Assembly (NCBI GenBank): GCA_951406725.2 | Contig: OX597824.1 | Span: 30,752,001-30,816,000, forward strand | Reading direction: 5' to 3' | Length of the DNA stretch: 64,000 nt | Source: Octopus vulgaris | Taxonomy: Eukaryota | Shown: in pieces, positions 58,113 to 64,000 of the stretch | Numbering within the stretch: the stretch's first letter is position 1 | Layout: every line of letters starts with the position of its first letter | Notes under the pieces: generated by a model | Databases searched by the model: none | What the model was told of the DNA's origin: nothing | What the model saw: only the letters and a program-made list of their open reading frames with translations | Program-made: the position numbers and the translations under genes

Positions 58113-60135
58113 GTTGAGACCAAATGGCGAATAAGAGCGAAGAGAGAAGATTAATTCCTGTTCACGGCGCAAACGGGAATCCGGATGGCCTCTGTGTAAG
58201 GACAAACCGAACACAGATAGGTGTTGCAAGGAGTGACCGGTGGAGCGGAAATGGCGTGAGACCGGTGTGTCGTTCGCAAGGTGGATGTCACGAAGGCGTT
58301 CCGCGAACCGGTCAGCCAAGCGGCGTCCCGTTTGTCCGATGTACAAGGAATTGCAGAGAGAGCAAGAGATGCAATAGATAATATTGCTGGAGGTGCAGGT
58401 GAAGGAGTGGAATGATGGGATAGGGTCGATGGTGGGTGCTAGTGAGGCGGGTGGTGATGGAGAGGTAAGGGCAAGTGCGGCAACGTGGGCGGGAGCAGGG
58501 GAACGAGCCGGGTTGGGAGGTAGGGTCAGGGAAGGTAGCTATGGACCAAAAGGTCTCGAAGGTTGTGGGCTCGTTTGAAAGAGGGGAGGGGTCGGTTAGG
58601 GAAGAGGTGTGAAGTGGACGGGTCGGACTGGAGATGACGGAAAGCTCGAAGAATGGTGCGTTGGAGACGTAGGGTCGTGGGGTGGTAAGTGAGGGGAAAA
58701 GGGAGGCGGGAGACTACAGGGCGGGTTCGGGGAGAGAGAGCAGATACACGGTCCACGGACCGTGCTCTGGCAAGGGCGATGTGGATAGTGGTGAGGGGGT
58801 ATCCACGTAGGGTGAAGTGGTGAGCCATACGTTGAGACTGAGTCTCAAAGTCATGGTCGTCACTACAGAGCCTACGTAGACGGAGGAATTGGGAATAGGG
58901 GATGGAAAGCTTGGTGTGTTCTGGGTGGGAGGAAGAGAAGTTGAGGTATGAGTGTGAGTCTGTGTGTTTGTAGTGAATGGAGGTGGTAAGAGTGGAGTGA
59001 AGAATGCTAACCGAAATGTCGAGGAAGGAGACAGAGGTGTTGGAGATAGTGGAAGTGAAGTGGAGGGCTGGATGGAAAGATTGGACGAAAGAGAGGAAGG
59101 AATCTAGATGTTCGCGGGAGAGTGAGGTGGCACCGATAATGTCGTCGATGTAACGACCATATAGTTCAGGAGTGGGACCAGTGAAATTAGAGAATATTTG
59201 GGCCTCAACATAGCCAACGAACAGGTTCGCATAGTTGGGGCCCATTCGCGTTCCCATGGCCACTCCCGAGACCTGATGGTAGAACTCGCCCGCGAACGAG
59301 AAGCAGTTCAGAGTAAGGACAAGTTCGGCCAGACGAATGAGTGTGGAGGTGTCAGGTACAGGGTTAGAGCGGAGGTCAAGAAAGTGTCGAAGGGCCTGCA
59401 GTCCTTCGTGGTGAGGGATAACAGTATAGAGGCTTTAGATGTCCATAGTAAAAAGGATTTTGGAGGAGCCGGGAGGAAAGGAGAAAGAGTTGAAAAGCCG
59501 GAGAGCATGGTTGGTATCGTGGATGTGGGAGGGAAGAGATGCCACTAGGGGGGCAAGGACACAGTCGAGGTATTTAGAGATGAGCTCCGTGGGGCAGTTA
59601 CAGGCGGAGACGATGGGGCGGCCAGGGTTGTTGGGTTTGTGGATTTTGGGGAGGAAGTAAATGGTGGGGGTACGTGGGGTTCGCACAATTAGGTTGGATG
59701 CGGTGCGGGGGAGACGGGAGGACGAGATGAGGTCGTGGACAGTAGAGGATACCGTCTGTTGGTAGCTACGTGTGGGGTTAGAGGGCAGAGGGGAATAGAA
59801 GGAGGTGTCATTGAGTTGGCGGAAAGCCTCGGCCCTATAGAGGTCCGCGCGCCACACCACTACAGCTCCACCCTTGTCAGCCGGTTTGATGATAATGTCA
59901 GCGCGCCGTTGGAGGGAACGAAGAGCCAAGAGCTCAGCCGGGGAGATGTTGAGGCGGCGTTGGCGCCTGGAGAAGTTGAACCGCTCCAATGCACGCTGAC
60001 AAGCGCCCGCGAAAAGATCCACTGCTAGGATCTGGCCAGGGGCAGGCGTCCACGGGGATGGTCGGCGGCCCAGGCCAGTGAAGCAGTCCTCTTCGTTGGG
60101 TGTGGGTGGCGAGTCGTGGTAATGCGCACCCAACC
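58113..60135 (-). pseudogene. Penelope RT-GIY-YIG ORF remnant
   Basis: One in-frame TAA at 59435 (MDI*SLYT) and one frameshift near 58528; otherwise continuous. Confidence 0.9.
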
Positions 60136-60137
60136 GG

Positions 60138-60316
<179 letters not shown>

Positions 60317-60398
60317 GGTCCCGGGTTGAGTCGGGGTTAACCACAGTAAATAAGGTACTCAATACATAGCAGAGTAAATTAATTTATTTTATAGAAGG

Positions 60399-60449
60399 AG
60401 CTTCTACAGGACTAGAACTGTTTCATTCAAAAGAAATCATCAGGAAGCT
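60399..60449 (-). ncRNA. Hammerhead ribozyme, mirror copy in the palindrome
   Basis: Reverse complement of 60558-60608. Confidence 0.7.
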
Positions 60450-60557
60450 AGTAGACAAGAGTTGTTTGGGCATTTATACATTTAGGCAGGTTTAAATGGG
60501 TGGTCACCCATTTAAACCTGCCTAAATGTATAAATGCCAAAACAACTCTTGTCTACT

Positions 60558-60608
60558 AGCTTCCTGATGATTTCTTTTGAATGAAACAGTTCTAGTCCTG
60601 TAGAAGCT
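60558..60608 (+). ncRNA. Type-I hammerhead ribozyme
   Basis: AGCTTC-CTGATGA-tTTCttttGAAt-GAA-ACAG(ttctagtc)CTGT-A-GAAGCT; GUA site after 60602; weak stem II. Confidence 0.7.
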
Positions 60609-60626
60609 CCTTCTATAAAATAAATA

Positions 60627-60692
<66 letters not shown>

Positions 60693-61114
60693 TTTTAAAA
60701 GTTGTGCGAATGTGTATACAATAATATATCAGTTGAATATAGTTAAAAGACGGTCTGGTTTTCGCGTTTTTTATTGTGGTATTTTATTCTTAAAAATATA
60801 TTTTTTAATGCTCATTGAGTTAGATTAATGCTTTCATACATAGAAGTAATCATGAGATTTCAAATGTGTTTAACTGACTGTTAACCTCTTGACAATTTTA
60901 GTACCTCTTAGAACGCTCCAACAACCTGAATGTTTAGAAGATGGTTTCGACCAATCCAAATGCAGCTTAAACATCACAGTTTGTCAGGCGTACCGATTTT
61001 CTGTAATTTGTTTATATTCATATGCTAGTGATATTTTTAATCCACATCACTAACTGGTTGTTATATTATTGCTGTTATTGCCGCTCACAACATGTTTGGA
61101 CGTTTTAAGAAAAC

Positions 61115-61159
<45 letters not shown>

Positions 61160-62260
61160 ATAAAAATGGTAAGACAACAAAAGAAAGAAAGAGACCTCAA
61201 TATTATGAAAATAGAGGAATTTATCTGTAAATGTAATATGTGACAATTATTCGGTATATATGTATAAATGTTATTTTAAAGTTGGAAAGCAATTGAAAGA
61301 ATAATTACAGAAGTAATACATAAAACAAGATTTATGATTTAAAGTTAAATGTATTATAAACTTGTTCTGAATGGCAATTAGATATTGGCTGAGAGCCAAT
61401 TCAACCTATTATGTAGATTTAGGAATAGTTAGGCAATATAAGGCAGTGAGCTGCCAGAATCGTTAGCACTCCGAGCAAAACACTGATCGCAATTTCGTCG
61501 TCTCACGCTCTGAGTTACTATTTAGCCGAGGACGAAGTTGCCTTTGATTCTTTGGAACTGGATAAATTAAGTACCAGTTGTGCACTGAGGGCTGTGTAAT
61601 AGACTTAATCACTTTTTCGAAATTGCTCTACTTGTGTCAAAATTTGAAGTCATTATTTTAAAGAGGACAAAAAGCTTAGCCACATTTCGTCTGCCTTTAC
61701 ACTTTTGAGTTCCAATTTTGCCGAGGTCAGCTGACACATTCTTCATTTCGGGGTCGTTAAATTCGAACCAGTGATGTATTGGGGTAGATATAATCCTCAT
61801 CTTCCTCTGAAAACCCTTGGTCTTGTATCACAATTTGGAACCGTTATTACAAAAGTTTATCTCTGTTGGTGAACTACCGCAACTGCTGCATTAGATAAGA
61901 GGGATATTTACTTGATGGTAACAAATATCTGATTACGGAATTTCTACATGTCACAAATTTAACGCTAGAAAAATGAATGGTGCCCCAACAACAAAAAATA
62001 TGCGAGTAAATACGTTTTTCGAAAGAGTATATCCCCAGTAAATTAGAGTACTGAAGTGGGCTAAGTCGTGTTTATTCCTTAGAGAATATTCAATGCCACA
62101 TCCGTAGCAGCGTGCTACCAGTGTTACTCGAATATTTGTGAAAGAATAACTATGCAATTTAGTTCATATTCTTATGCGATTGTACGTATTGTTTCACTTG
62201 TATCTATAACGTCAGTTATGATCCACCTGAAAACAAAAAAAGTATTTTCCTTCTCATCAG

Positions 62261-62323
62261 GATTCAAATATTATGGAGGATGTTAAGAAGGTAACAAAAA
62301 GTCATAAGTCTTCCGTCTCGAAG
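62261..62323 (+). CDS. Probable 63-nt phase-0 repeat exon
   Basis: ttttccttctcatcag| DSNIMEDVKKVTKSHKSSVSK |gttggt; alternative donor AAG|GTAACA at 62290; paralogous to 54948-55010. Confidence 0.55.
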
Positions 62324-62552
62324 GTTGGTCGTTTTTTCATTTCTCTCATTCAATTTCGCATATTATTCTTTCAATGTATCATAATTTAGAAAGATTGTGA
62401 ATTGATGGTAAAATCTTCATAAAGATTATATTGCGATAATTGCCTGTAGTGAGCTTACAAAATCTATAAACGCCAAACACAGAAGTTGTACTTCGTTTCT
62501 GTTTGAAGTTCTTCTAAATTCTGGGTCAAATATATGAATGCTACACTTCTCA

Positions 62553-62593
<41 letters not shown>

Positions 62594-62819
62594 TGGTTCG
62601 TTCACTCACACCTGTTTCTTTTGATTGCTTTAATGCTTAATTATCTTCTCTTTTGTCATCATTTGAGGCAATTATGAGATTGATATTATTGATTTCCATT
62701 ATTTCTTATGCTTATATTTCCATAATATTTATTGCCTACAAAACTTTGCTGCTTGCACACACCACACACACATATATACCTATATATATAGCAACACACA
62801 CACACAAGCACACACACAC

Positions 62820-63623
<804 letters not shown>

Positions 63624-63825
63624 CAGGTGAATGAACTATCCTATGTTTACCGTCAATATGGAAAATTTGATGAACCGATACCAGGATAACAAATTCACAT
63701 CAGAAACACGGTTGAAGCGACCCGTCCAAGGGTAGAAACTCCGGGTTCATGTGCAGAAATTTGTGTGTTATATATGAATAAATAAATAAATGGAGTTGAA
63801 CGAAGATGTTAACAAAATTCCTTTA

Positions 63826-63907
63826 CTCTCGACATATGTTTCGAAGACAACATGGTTTTATTCCAAAGGAATAAACGGTGCAAGATGCAATCTTCTCATC
63901 AGGAAAG
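63826..63907 (-). ncRNA. Minimal type-I hammerhead ribozyme
   Basis: CTTTC-CTGATGA-GAAGA...TCTTC-GAAA-CATAT-GTC-GAGAG: intact core, long stem II, palindromic stem III ACATATGT, GUC site. Confidence 0.8.
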
Positions 63908-64000
63908 AAAGGGAGCCTCTCTCAACAACAAGACAAAACAATAACTGAAAGGCTCCCTTTCTTTCCTGATGAGGAGATTGCATCTTGCACCGTTTATTCC

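Overview
AT-rich, microsatellite- and transposon-dense animal genomic DNA. The tRNA-derived SINE families and (TA)n/(TATG)n/(AAT)n tracts resemble octopus (coleoid cephalopod) repeats; this assignment is from recognition, not a database search. Nearly all ORFs in the supplied track are simple-repeat artefacts. Host genes: (1) a minus-strand six-exon gene, 12172->2977, that splices in frame to a ~240-aa signal peptide plus four-bladed hemopexin domain, with no MMP catalytic domain found; (2) a probable plus-strand gene at 49-62 kb made of short phase-0 exons, three of which arose by duplication of an exon+intron unit. Mobile DNA: two near-complete D,D34D mariners, a 5'-truncated Penelope-like element (RT + Cys linker + GIY-YIG), an RNase H-bearing LINE with an inverted 5' piece carrying a 2A-like motif, an R4/Dong-like endonuclease fragment in (AAT)n, hAT pieces and many SINEs. 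The most unusual layer is a set of small fold-back elements sitting in (TA)n tracts, several with minimal type-I hammerhead ribozymes (canonical, plus a recurrent CUGUNGA variant). One such cassette lies in both arms of a ~5-kb inverted-repeat structure that encloses the Penelope element. Repeat boundaries are approximate unless TIR/TSD or splice sites are quoted.
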